Of a stretch of 60,822 nt of DNA, positions 53,145-60,822 are shown piece by piece. Every line of letters begins with the position of its first letter. Position 1 is the stretch's first letter. The notes under the pieces are model-generated. The model was not told the origin of the DNA, did not search any database, and saw only the letters and a program-made list of their open reading frames with translations. The translations under genes were made by a program, and so were the position numbers. Source of the stretch: an uncultured Oscillospiraceae bacterium (GTDB taxonomy: Bacteria; Bacillota; Clostridia; Oscillospirales; Oscillospiraceae); NCBI GenBank assembly GCA_964652075.1, contig CAZYZQ010000001.1:1538-62359 (forward strand), in the 5' to 3' direction.

Positions 53145-53153
53145 TGATATAAT
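53145..53153 (+). promoter_or_regulatory. Extended -10 promoter element upstream of the two-component operon
   Basis: TGATATAAT (TGn + TATAAT at 53148-53153) lies 27 nt before the ATG at 53180. No good -35 element was seen. Confidence 0.45.
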
Positions 53154-53179
53154 CATTTGTGGGAAAGGAACAAGATACT

Positions 53180-53851
53180 ATGAGGATTTTACTTGCTGAG
53201 GATGAGCGCTCTCTTGCAAGGGCAATTGTGAAAATTTTTGAAAAAAACAATTATTCTGCCGATGCGGTTCATAACGGAGAAGATGCCCTCCAGTATATTG
53301 AGTCGGGGAATTATGATGTTGCTGTACTGGATATCATGATGCCTAAAATGGACGGTATCACTGTATTAAAGAAAGTAAGGGAACACGGTAATTCCATTCC
53401 GATTTTGATGCTTACAGCAAAATCGGAGGTTGATGATAAGGTGCTGGGGTTGGATAGCGGAGCGAACTATTATCTTACCAAACCCTTTGACTCCAAAGAG
53501 CTGCTGGCAAGTATACGGGCCATTACAAGAACCGGAACGACTTCAGATTCCAAGCTTTCATTCGGTAATATCACATTGGATCGGGCCACCTTTGAACTTT
53601 CATCATCAACGGGTAGTTTTCGTCTGGCTAATCGGGAATTTCAAATGATGGAGCTTCTAATGGCAAATCCACATCATATTATTTCGGCCGAACGCTTTCT
53701 GGAAAAGATATGGGGGTACGATACCGAAACGGAGATCAGCGTTGTTTGGGTGTACATTTCCTACCTTCGCAAAAAATTACTCGCACTTCATGCAGACATT
53801 CAGATTAAAGCTTCCAGAAACGCAGGCTACGCTTTGGAGGAATCCACATGA
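53180..53851 (+). CDS. OmpR-family response regulator
   Basis: The start is moved to the ATG at 53180 (MRILLAEDE), giving 223 aa. It has a receiver domain (DVAVLDIMMPKMDG, LMLTAK) and a winged-helix output domain (LANREFQMMELLMANPHHIISAERFLEKIWGYD). Confidence 0.95.
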   Translation: MRILLAEDERSLARAIVKIFEKNNYSADAVHNGEDALQYIESGNYDVAVLDIMMPKMDGITVLKKVREHGNSIPILMLTAKSEVDDKVLGLDSGANYYLTKPFDSKELLASIRAITRTGTTSDSKLSFGNITLDRATFELSSSTGSFRLANREFQMMELLMANPHHIISAERFLEKIWGYDTETEISVVWVYISYLRKKLLALHADIQIKASRNAGYALEEST

Positions 53852-55161
53852 TACGAAAACTGAGAACGAAGTTCATCTTTTTGGCCATGTCCTCACTGTT
53901 TGTCCTTTTGCTGTTTATTATCGCTGGTATGAATCTACTAAACTATAATTCAGTGGCAAGAGAAGCGGATGAGATATTATCCATAATTTCGCAGAATAAA
54001 GGTATTTTCCCGGATTTCGGCGAAAATCGGGACGGAATGTTCCCTGCAGATATGTCACCGGAGATTCCGTATGAATCGAGATATTTTTCTATTCTATTAA
54101 GTGATTCCGGTCAAGTGCTTCATGCTGAAATGAGTCAGATTATCGCTGTGGATAAAGATACGGCGACCGAGTATGCGAATAAAATTATTCAATCAGATAG
54201 TAGCAGTGGGTTTGTAGATAACTTCCGATATATTAAGACACAGGAGGAAAACGGTATCCGTGTTACTTTTCTTGACTGCGGAAGGAAACTGGATATTTTT
54301 CAGAACTTTTTGATCATCAGCATCATCATGGCACTATCAGGGTATCTCGTTGTATTCGTTGTTATATCCATATTTTCAAAAAAATTCATCCACCCCGTCG
54401 CAGAGAGTTATGAGAAGCAAAAACGCTTCATCACGGATGCCGGACACGAGATCAAAACGCCGCTTACAATCATAAACTCCAATGTCGATCTCCTGAAAAT
54501 GGATATCGGGGATAACGAATGTTTGGAAGACATTCAGCAGCAAGCAAAACGACTTACTGCGCTAACAAACGATCTGATTTATTTGGCGCGCATGGAGGAA
54601 TCCGAGAATACATTGCAAATGATTGAGTTTCCGGTTTCTGAAATAGTGCTGGAAGCCGCAATGCCATTTAAAACATTGGCAGAGACTCAACAAAAACAAT
54701 TCGTATGTAATGTGCAACCGATGTTATCCATGCAAGGGAACGATAAAACCATACAGCAATTGGTCTCCATACTTATGGATAATGCCATTAAATATTCGCC
54801 GTCCAACGGGGTTGTATCGCTAAATTTGGTGCGCCAAAATAAAAATCTTGCCCTGATCGTATTTAATACAACCGAAACCTTTGTTCCATCCGAAAGCCTT
54901 CATCATGTGTTTGACCGTTTCTATCGAACCGATCCTTCCCGCAATTCAGAAACTGGCGGTCATGGCATCGGGCTTTCAGTTGCAAAAGCCATCGTTACAG
55001 CGCACAATGGGCAAATCAACGCGCAAACGCAGGATGGGCACTCTTTTCAGATCACAGCAACTTTTCCTATTAATAACCACGAAAAAGGTGCGCCTCCAAC
55101 TCCGTGGAGACGCGCCTTTTCATATCTGTTCGGGTGCCACCCAAAAACGATCTGCTTTTAA
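53848..55161 (+). CDS. Sensor histidine kinase
   Basis: 437 aa with two TM helices flanking a ~130-aa outside loop. It has an H-box (FITDAGHEIKTPLT), N-box (LMDNAIKYSP) and G-boxes (DRFYR.D, GGHGIGLSVAK). A 4-nt overlap links it to the regulator gene. The last ~30 codons run through a terminator-like hairpin. Confidence 0.93.
   Translation: MIRKLRTKFIFLAMSSLFVLLLFIIAGMNLLNYNSVAREADEILSIISQNKGIFPDFGENRDGMFPADMSPEIPYESRYFSILLSDSGQVLHAEMSQIIAVDKDTATEYANKIIQSDSSSGFVDNFRYIKTQEENGIRVTFLDCGRKLDIFQNFLIISIIMALSGYLVVFVVISIFSKKFIHPVAESYEKQKRFITDAGHEIKTPLTIINSNVDLLKMDIGDNECLEDIQQQAKRLTALTNDLIYLARMEESENTLQMIEFPVSEIVLEAAMPFKTLAETQQKQFVCNVQPMLSMQGNDKTIQQLVSILMDNAIKYSPSNGVVSLNLVRQNKNLALIVFNTTETFVPSESLHHVFDRFYRTDPSRNSETGGHGIGLSVAKAIVTAHNGQINAQTQDGHSFQITATFPINNHEKGAPPTPWRRAFSYLFGCHPKTICF
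55086..55121 (+). terminator. Terminator-like hairpin inside the 3' tail of the kinase ORF
   Basis: AGGTGCGCCTCC-(8 nt)-GGAGACGCGCCT (one wobble pair and one mismatch) followed by TTTTC. It lies 40 nt before the annotated stop. Confidence 0.45.
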
Positions 55162-55215
55162 GTCCAGTTAAGCCTTCTGTACTATAATCACAATAAATTC
55201 TTAGGAGGAGGTGAT

Positions 55216-55872
55216 TTGTGTTTGACCCACGAAGAATTCTATGGTTCGGCATTAGATGACCTGAAGCTGGCGAAGCAACAGCTTCTCGAACTGGTTCACC
55301 TGTATTCTGATACTGAAACAAAAGACAGTCCGTTTAAGGCTGTCGTATACTGCTGTTCGCGCATAAAATCACCGAGCAGTGTTATACAAAAACTGGAACG
55401 GCTGGGCTTTGCACAAACTGTCGAGACCGCATTGACCAATTTATACGATGTTGTTGGTATACGTGTCGTCTGTTCTTTTGCGGAGGATGTATACCGAATT
55501 GTCGCATGGCTCAAAAAGCAATCGCTAATCCAGTTTCAAAATGAAAAAGATTATTACGCGTACCCAAAGCCAAACGGATACCGAAGTTATCATGTTCAGT
55601 TAAAGGTTTTTATTGCAGAAAACAAAGTATTTCCTGCCGAGATACAGGTTCGCACGATTGCTACAGATTTTTGGGCAACGCTGGAACACCAAATCAAGTA
55701 CAAAAAGAATTTACCACATGAAACCATCATTCGTAATGAGCTTAAGCAATGCGCAGATGAAATAGCCTCCGTTGATTTATCTATGCAAACAATCCGAGAC
55801 GTCATCCGCGAATCGCTTCTCATAGCTGAAAATAAGGAAGAAGGAGGAAAACACAATGGACTATCGTCATGA
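55216..55872 (+). CDS. Small alarmone synthetase, RelQ/RelP type ((p)ppGpp synthetase, RelA_SpoT domain only)
   Basis: 218 aa with a TTG start just after AGGAGGAGGTG. It is collinear by eye with B. subtilis RelQ: SRIKSPSSVIQKLER, DVVGIRVVCSF.EDVY, YAYPKPNGYRSYH and EIQVRTIATDFWATLEH.IKYK. Confidence 0.9.
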   Translation: MCLTHEEFYGSALDDLKLAKQQLLELVHLYSDTETKDSPFKAVVYCCSRIKSPSSVIQKLERLGFAQTVETALTNLYDVVGIRVVCSFAEDVYRIVAWLKKQSLIQFQNEKDYYAYPKPNGYRSYHVQLKVFIAENKVFPAEIQVRTIATDFWATLEHQIKYKKNLPHETIIRNELKQCADEIASVDLSMQTIRDVIRESLLIAENKEEGGKHNGLSS

Positions 55873-56527
55873 ATGGAAGCACGAGATCAATACTTCTGAT
55901 ATGATTGCCATTCGCCATAGGCTACGGGCTGTAGCGAAACCTGACCCACATACTGTAGACGACAAGTATCTGATCCGAAGTCTTTATTTTGATGATATAA
56001 CAGACAAGGCTTTGCGAGAGAAGCTGGACGGCATAAATCAGCGGGAGAAGTTCCGAATCAGATATTATAACGGAAATGTTTCCCTTATCCATTTAGAAAA
56101 AAAGAGCAAACGAAATGGGCTGGGTGCCAAAGACATGGCTGTCTTAACCGAAACGGAAGCGCAAGCTATCGTAGATGGGAATCTGGACTGGATGCCATCG
56201 TCAAACCGCCCGTTGGTTCGGGAACTATACAGCAAAATGAAGTCAAATGGTCTGCGTCCGAAGACTATTGTGGATTACACCCGAGAACCCTTTGTGTACG
56301 CTCCCGGTAATGTCCGGGTCACGCTGGATTACAACATCCGCACAGGTTTAGGCTGCACTGATTTTTTGAATGTAAACTGCATCACCATTCCTGCCGGAGA
56401 CGCCCCCATTATTCTGGAAGTGAAGTGGGACGAGTTCTTGCCGGATATTATCCGGGATGCCGTTCAACTCACGGGGCGCCGTGTCTCAGCGTTTTCCAAG
56501 TATGCACAGTGCCGTATCTACGGGTAG
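55856..56527 (+). CDS. VTC-domain protein (CYTH-like triphosphate-tunnel, polyphosphate-polymerase-domain family)
   Basis: 223 aa with a GAAGGAGGA RBS, overlapping the synthetase gene by 17 nt. YRHEWKHEI, IRSLYFDD..DKAL.EK.DG...REKFRIRYYN, IHLEKKSK..GL..K, RPKTIVDYTREPFVY..GNVRVTLD and ILEVKWDEFLP....AFSKYA.CR follow the bacterial VTC-domain pattern as I recall it. Confidence 0.8.
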   Translation: MDYRHEWKHEINTSDMIAIRHRLRAVAKPDPHTVDDKYLIRSLYFDDITDKALREKLDGINQREKFRIRYYNGNVSLIHLEKKSKRNGLGAKDMAVLTETEAQAIVDGNLDWMPSSNRPLVRELYSKMKSNGLRPKTIVDYTREPFVYAPGNVRVTLDYNIRTGLGCTDFLNVNCITIPAGDAPIILEVKWDEFLPDIIRDAVQLTGRRVSAFSKYAQCRIYG

Positions 56528-56582
56528 CCGATCAAAAAAATTCTCACCTTTCTCAGTCATGTCTACGAAGGGAGGTCTTGAT

Positions 56583-58460
56583 ATGATGAAGAGAATTCTT
56601 TCCATGTGCATGGTTCTCACAATGCTCACCGGCTGCGGAGCAGGCGTGGAGCAGCAGAGTGCGGCAAATGCGACTCAAACTCTCAATATATCTGATGAAG
56701 AAATTCAGGCGATGACCCTGGAGAGCACGAATGATATACCGCTTTCCGAATACGAAAACATGGAAGTCCTCGTACAATACAGCGACGGAAGCGTTGAGGT
56801 GCTGTCCTTTGAAGACGAGGAAAGTCTCGCCGAAGGGCTTGAACAGCTATCACAGGATGAGGCTGTTGCATGGTTTCAGCCAAACTACTCCTATGAGACA
56901 AGCGCTCTTTCAACAACCGATACACTGACTGCTTACCAGTGGGCGCTCTCCAATGACGGCAGTTTCCAGATGGAAGAAAAGCAAAATCGGTATCCCGTCT
57001 ATGAATCTCCGTTTGGGACGCCGTATGCGCCGTGGCAGTGGATCATGCCGAACTTTATCGGAACGCCCGGAGGCTTTCGCCGCTCAGGTTTCAGTGCCAC
57101 ATCTGCAGAACAGATTTCTGCAGAGCCCGGTATTGATATCAATGTTGAGGACGCATGGGCTCTCTACGACGGAGGCAGCCGTGATGTTGTAATTGCTCTG
57201 ATCGATACAGGTATTGATTATACCCATGAGGATCTGCAGGACGTTATTTGGACTAACACCGGCGAGATCCCCGGAAACAATGTGGACGACGACGGCAACG
57301 GTTATGTCGATGATGTGTACGGGTGGAACTTTTATAATAACAACAATCGGGTCTATGTCAGCAGTACAGACGACAGCCACGGTACTCATGGTGCCGGAAC
57401 GATTGCAGCATCCGCTGACAACGGGATCGGCATTTCCGGGATCACGAACAGCGATCATGTAAAGATCATGTCACTCAAAGCGCTGGGCGGCTCAGACGGA
57501 AGCGGCTCCACCGCCTCGATCATTCGAGCGATCCAATATGCGGAGGCAAATGGCGCGTCGATCTGCAACCTCAGTCTCGGCAGCTCCACCAATGACCGCG
57601 CGTTGTATCAGGCCATTGCCAATTCCTCCATGCTGTTTGTAGTCGCAGCGGGAAATGATGGGGCGGACACAGATACGAACCCCTGTTATCCCGCATCCTA
57701 TGAGCTGGACAATATTATTTCTGTGGCAAATCTGAACTACAACGGAGCGCTGCATTACAGCTCGAACTATGGCACAACTTCCGTTGACCTGGCGGCTCCT
57801 GGTTCCTATATCCTCAGCACCACGCCGGGAAACAATTACAGCTATATGACAGGAACCTCTATGGCGGCACCTATGGTCACCGCTGCCGCGGCCATGCTCT
57901 ATTCCTATTATGACGATATTACACTGGCCGATGTGAAGGATATTCTCCTGGCCTCTGTGACGGAGCTTGACACATTGACCGACAGTGTGGCGACAGGTGG
58001 CATGCTGAACCTCGGAGCTGCGATGGCCTATGATACAAGCACGCTGTCACATGAGACATGGGATGCATCAGTTGTAATTGACAGTGGGACCGCTCCTGAG
58101 ATCCTTGCTGAAACGGTTTCACAGGGAAACAGCACTTATTTGGTGGTGCAGGTGACCGATGCGGACAACGATCTTTCTGTTACTGCGTATGCTTCGGGAA
58201 CACTTACCGCACAGCAATTCCAAAGCGGTGCTGTAGGCAAAGCATTTTCTGTAGACAGCACCGGTAAAGTGATTTTCTCTGTGCAGAGCAGCGGGACCTT
58301 TACCTTCTATGCCCGTGACAGCATGGGAAATGAAACCGTAAAAACTGTTTCAGTCACAGCTCGGCAAAACGATTACCGCTCGAGTCCTATCGGAGACAGG
58401 AACCGAAACTCATGGCCAAACCAAACACCGACCGGGATTGCCTGGAGAGGTATGCGGTAG
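56583..58460 (+). CDS. S8 (subtilisin-like) serine protease, lipoprotein
   Basis: The start is moved to the ATG at 56583 behind GGGAGG (the track starts at 56457). It has a lipobox (MLTGC). The catalytic triad motifs are ALIDTGIDYTHEDL, HGTHGAGTIAA and GTSMAAPMVTAAAAML. A C-terminal beta-rich domain follows. Confidence 0.92.
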   Translation: MMKRILSMCMVLTMLTGCGAGVEQQSAANATQTLNISDEEIQAMTLESTNDIPLSEYENMEVLVQYSDGSVEVLSFEDEESLAEGLEQLSQDEAVAWFQPNYSYETSALSTTDTLTAYQWALSNDGSFQMEEKQNRYPVYESPFGTPYAPWQWIMPNFIGTPGGFRRSGFSATSAEQISAEPGIDINVEDAWALYDGGSRDVVIALIDTGIDYTHEDLQDVIWTNTGEIPGNNVDDDGNGYVDDVYGWNFYNNNNRVYVSSTDDSHGTHGAGTIAASADNGIGISGITNSDHVKIMSLKALGGSDGSGSTASIIRAIQYAEANGASICNLSLGSSTNDRALYQAIANSSMLFVVAAGNDGADTDTNPCYPASYELDNIISVANLNYNGALHYSSNYGTTSVDLAAPGSYILSTTPGNNYSYMTGTSMAAPMVTAAAAMLYSYYDDITLADVKDILLASVTELDTLTDSVATGGMLNLGAAMAYDTSTLSHETWDASVVIDSGTAPEILAETVSQGNSTYLVVQVTDADNDLSVTAYASGTLTAQQFQSGAVGKAFSVDSTGKVIFSVQSSGTFTFYARDSMGNETVKTVSVTARQNDYRSSPIGDRNRNSWPNQTPTGIAWRGMR

Positions 58461-58529
58461 TGAATATCCGCAATATGGCCATTCGTATAAAACCGATCTC
58501 ACATTTCATAAGACAAGGAGAATTCTACC

Positions 58530-59201
58530 ATGACATTCAGCGATATTTTTAAATCCAGCTTTCTGGAAAATGTGTCTGCTGTCAGTGCCTTTGATATGGC
58601 CCTGGCTCTTATCCTCGCCTTTGGGCTTGGCATGTTTATCTTTCTGGTCTATAAAAAGACCTACCAGGGCGTGATGTACTCCTCCAGCTTCGGCGTGACG
58701 CTGCTGGCTTTGACGATGATCACAACACTGGTCATCCTGGCCGTCACCAGCAATGTGGTGCTGTCCCTTGGCATGGTGGGTGCTCTGTCTATTGTTCGTT
58801 TCCGTACCGCAATCAAGGAGCCGCTGGACATTGCCTTCCTGTTCTGGTCCATTGCCGCCGGTATTGTTCTGGCAGCTGGCATGATCCCGTTGGCGGTGAT
58901 TGGAAGTGTTATTATCGGTGTTATCTTGCTCGTTTTCGTAAACAGAAAATCTCACAGCAATCCGTACATAGTCGTTTTGCAGTGTGCTGATCACGAGAGT
59001 GAAACTGCAGCCAAAGCGTATCTTGATCAGACGACATATAAATGCACCGTCAAGAGCAAGTCGGCTCAAAAGGGCCTGATTGAATTGAACCTGGAAATTC
59101 GGCTCAAAAACGACAACACTGACTTTATTAACGAGCTTTCCGAAATGCCGGGAATCGGCAGTGCAGTTCTGGTGAGTTATAATGGAGACTATATGGGGTG
59201 A
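58530..59201 (+). CDS. DUF4956-like polytopic membrane protein
   Basis: 223 aa with four N-terminal hydrophobic segments, including the motif LSLGMVGALSIVRFRTAIKEPLDIAFLFW, then a ~80-aa soluble C-terminal domain. This family is the usual genomic partner of bacterial VTC-domain genes. Confidence 0.8.
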   Translation: MTFSDIFKSSFLENVSAVSAFDMALALILAFGLGMFIFLVYKKTYQGVMYSSSFGVTLLALTMITTLVILAVTSNVVLSLGMVGALSIVRFRTAIKEPLDIAFLFWSIAAGIVLAAGMIPLAVIGSVIIGVILLVFVNRKSHSNPYIVVLQCADHESETAAKAYLDQTTYKCTVKSKSAQKGLIELNLEIRLKNDNTDFINELSEMPGIGSAVLVSYNGDYMG

Positions 59202-59207
59202 TACGAA

Positions 59208-60822
59208 ATGTCAACGAGCAAGCATATTGATCTCATTTGCTTAGTCGTTTCCATTTTCGCCTTACTTCTCACCGGATTGTTTATCAACGGCGAAGCCCTT
59301 GGGCTGACACCAATTGAAGATGGCGATGCCGGGAGCGATCAGTTTACAGCCAATGATCTCAACGCGGACTGGGATACTTCCTCCGCGACCCAAATCACAC
59401 TGACCGGAGATAGCGGCAGCGTGAAAGGCAGTGGTGCCTACATCGACGGCGGTGATATACACATTCTGTATGCGGGTGAATATGTGATCTCCGGTGAATT
59501 GTCCGATGGCAGTGTGATCATCGACGCAGGTGACACCGACAAGATCTGGATCCTTCTGAACGGTGTCTCCCTGCACTGCGAAGACAGCGCAGCTATCCTG
59601 ATAGAGCAGGCAGAGAAGGTGTTTTTGACTCTTGCAAGTGGAACGGAAAATTCTATTTCAAGTGGTACAGAATATACAGAGAGCGCAGTCTCAAATGGAA
59701 TTGATGGTGCGATCTATTCCAGAGATGACCTGACCATCAACGGCAGTGGCTCTCTTACCGTAACAGCCGCATACAAGCACGGCATAGTCGGCAATGATGA
59801 TCTTGTGATTACCGGCGGCACAATCAATGTAACAGCGGCACAGGATGGCGTCCACGCCAACGACAGCGTGAGGTTCGCAAATGCTGATCTCACTGTCAAC
59901 GCTGGGGACGATGGCATCACCGTATCCAACGACGACGAGACTGCCTATCTCTATGTGGAGTCCGGTAACATCAACATTCTATCCTGCTATGAAGGACTGG
60001 AAGCCATCGATATCACCATCGCCGGTGGTACAATTGACATCCGGCCTACGGACGATGGGATTAATGCTAATGGACGGGGTAGCAATTCAGCAATCAATAT
60101 CACAGGCGGCGATATCACCATCATTAACGAAACAGGCCGCGACGCAGATGGCTTGGATTCCAATGGTGACATCTATATCAGCGGTGGAAATACTTTTATC
60201 AGTGTCAGTACTTCAAGCTGTGCTCTGGACTATGGCAGTGAGAACGGCGGCGTAAGTGAGGTCAGCGGCGGCACGGTTATTGCAGCGGGCGGCAGTTCTA
60301 TGGCAGAGGGGTTTGACTCCACGTCAGAACAGAATTTCATCATGTACACTACCTCCACAGCCGCTTCTGGTACAACTGTTACCTTAAAAAACGAAGCGGG
60401 AACCACGCTGATATCAGAATCTATCCCGTGCAGCTTTTCCTCTATTGTAATCAGCACGCCTGAGTTACAGTTGGGCGAAACCTGTTCCATTTCCATTGGT
60501 GATAGCTTAGATGAGATCACAGTTGATAACTCCTCCAGTTCGGGCGGCTTCGGTATGGGTGGTATGTTCGGCGGTGGTATGCAGCAAGGTGGTTTCGGCA
60601 TGGGAGACATGTTTGGCGGACGCGGTGGAAAAGCAGGCCAATTCTCTGGCAACCAGCCAAATGCCAGCGATGAAAATACAGCGGAAAGTCAGCCGCAAGA
60701 TATGCTGGAAATGCCTAATGGTGATACACCACAGATGCCGGATGGTAATTTTTCGGACGGCGAAGCTCCACAGATGCCAGATGGCGATTTCTCGGACGGC
60801 GAAGCTCCACAGATGCCAGACG
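59208..60822 (+). CDS. Secreted/anchored parallel-beta-helix-like protein (Cthe_2159 / carbohydrate-binding-domain family-like), 3' end outside the window
   Basis: This gene is not in the ORF track because it has no stop in the window. The ATG at 59208 lies 6 nt after the DUF4956 stop, and I read the frame open for 538 codons to the window end. It has an N-terminal anchor (HIDLICLVVSIFALLLTGLFI). Repetitive G-x-I/V-x-I/V-x-G/A-G/D turns follow (ITGGTINVTAAQDGVHAN, LTVNAGDDGITV, ITIAGGTIDIRPTDDGINAN, ITGGDITIINE). A Gly/Met-rich segment and PQMPDG-FSDGEA repeats complete the visible part. Confidence 0.8.
   Translation, partial: MSTSKHIDLICLVVSIFALLLTGLFINGEALGLTPIEDGDAGSDQFTANDLNADWDTSSATQITLTGDSGSVKGSGAYIDGGDIHILYAGEYVISGELSDGSVIIDAGDTDKIWILLNGVSLHCEDSAAILIEQAEKVFLTLASGTENSISSGTEYTESAVSNGIDGAIYSRDDLTINGSGSLTVTAAYKHGIVGNDDLVITGGTINVTAAQDGVHANDSVRFANADLTVNAGDDGITVSNDDETAYLYVESGNINILSCYEGLEAIDITIAGGTIDIRPTDDGINANGRGSNSAINITGGDITIINETGRDADGLDSNGDIYISGGNTFISVSTSSCALDYGSENGGVSEVSGGTVIAAGGSSMAEGFDSTSEQNFIMYTTSTAASGTTVTLKNEAGTTLISESIPCSFSSIVISTPELQLGETCSISIGDSLDEITVDNSSSSGGFGMGGMFGGGMQQGGFGMGDMFGGRGGKAGQFSGNQPNASDENTAESQPQDMLEMPNGDTPQMPDGNFSDGEAPQMPDGDFSDGEAPQMPD
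60729..60822 (+). repeat. 39-bp in-frame tandem repeat (13-aa unit PQMPDG[ND]FSDGEA), truncated by the window end
   Basis: Units at 60729-60767 and 60768-60806 differ at a few positions. A third unit starts at 60807 and is cut off at 60822. Confidence 0.85.

Noticed and set aside
50253-53147. ORFs 50253..51068 (+, 271 aa), 51160..51696 (+), 51946..52374 (+) and 52908..53147 (+, 79 aa) in the low-GC block
   Set aside because: The first three are antisense to the ABC ATPase and to the sigma-TM-cyclophilin gene and lack RBSs. The 79-aa ORF lies in the divergent promoter region, has no RBS and has a low-complexity hydrophobic translation.
55216-56527. Toxic small alarmone synthetase (toxSAS) plus antitoxin reading of the SAS-VTC gene pair
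   Set aside because: The synthetase aligns along its whole length with housekeeping RelQ/RelP. The overlapping partner is a 223-aa VTC-domain enzyme-like protein and not a small antitoxin. The pair is embedded in a longer co-oriented cluster. I cannot exclude a toxic activity, but nothing in the sequence argues for it.

Overview
The window has two compositionally different parts. Positions 1 to about 45.8 kb are visibly high-GC (not computed) and look like a Clostridia-type chromosome dominated by sugar catabolism. In order they carry:
- an SLH-anchored secreted protein and the rpsF-ssb-rpsR operon
- two tandem paralogous secreted proteins
- an L-rhamnose locus: a large glycoside hydrolase, rhaB, an AraC regulator, and divergent rhaA-rhaD
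- a small/large gene pair resembling the two subunits of C-glycoside deglycosidases, then a solitary small serine recombinase and an SDR
- an L-arabinose operon (FGGY kinase, araA, araD, SBP, GH35-like, GH43) with divergent araR
- a LysR remnant with a single half-size chrA
- a GH2 / M24 / SBP / AraC / TIM-barrel / amidohydrolase locus
- ung, GH3 and ppx-ppk1.

Intergenic regions in this part hold a mosaic hairpin-repeat family with CCAATAGAAC/GTTCTATTGG termini, plus GTAG-headed REP-like palindromes. An open-ended ORF at the left edge may be a Y1/RAYT-type transposase.

At about 45.8-46.0 kb the composition drops sharply. The last ~15 kb (low GC) encodes:
- a GldA/F/G-type ABC system plus a DUF4340 protein
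- a stand-alone RNAP alpha-CTD-like protein followed by a sigma-like/TM/cyclophilin fusion
- a cluster of response regulator, histidine kinase, RelQ/RelP-type alarmone synthetase, VTC-domain protein, S8 lipoprotein protease, DUF4956 membrane protein and a secreted beta-helix protein.

The beta-helix gene is an open-ended ORF absent from the supplied track. This last cluster is my best candidate for an uncharacterised system.

I found no rRNA, tRNA or CRISPR array. Many long ORFs in the track are antisense artefacts of the high-GC DNA. All family assignments come from motif recognition by eye, with no searches run.
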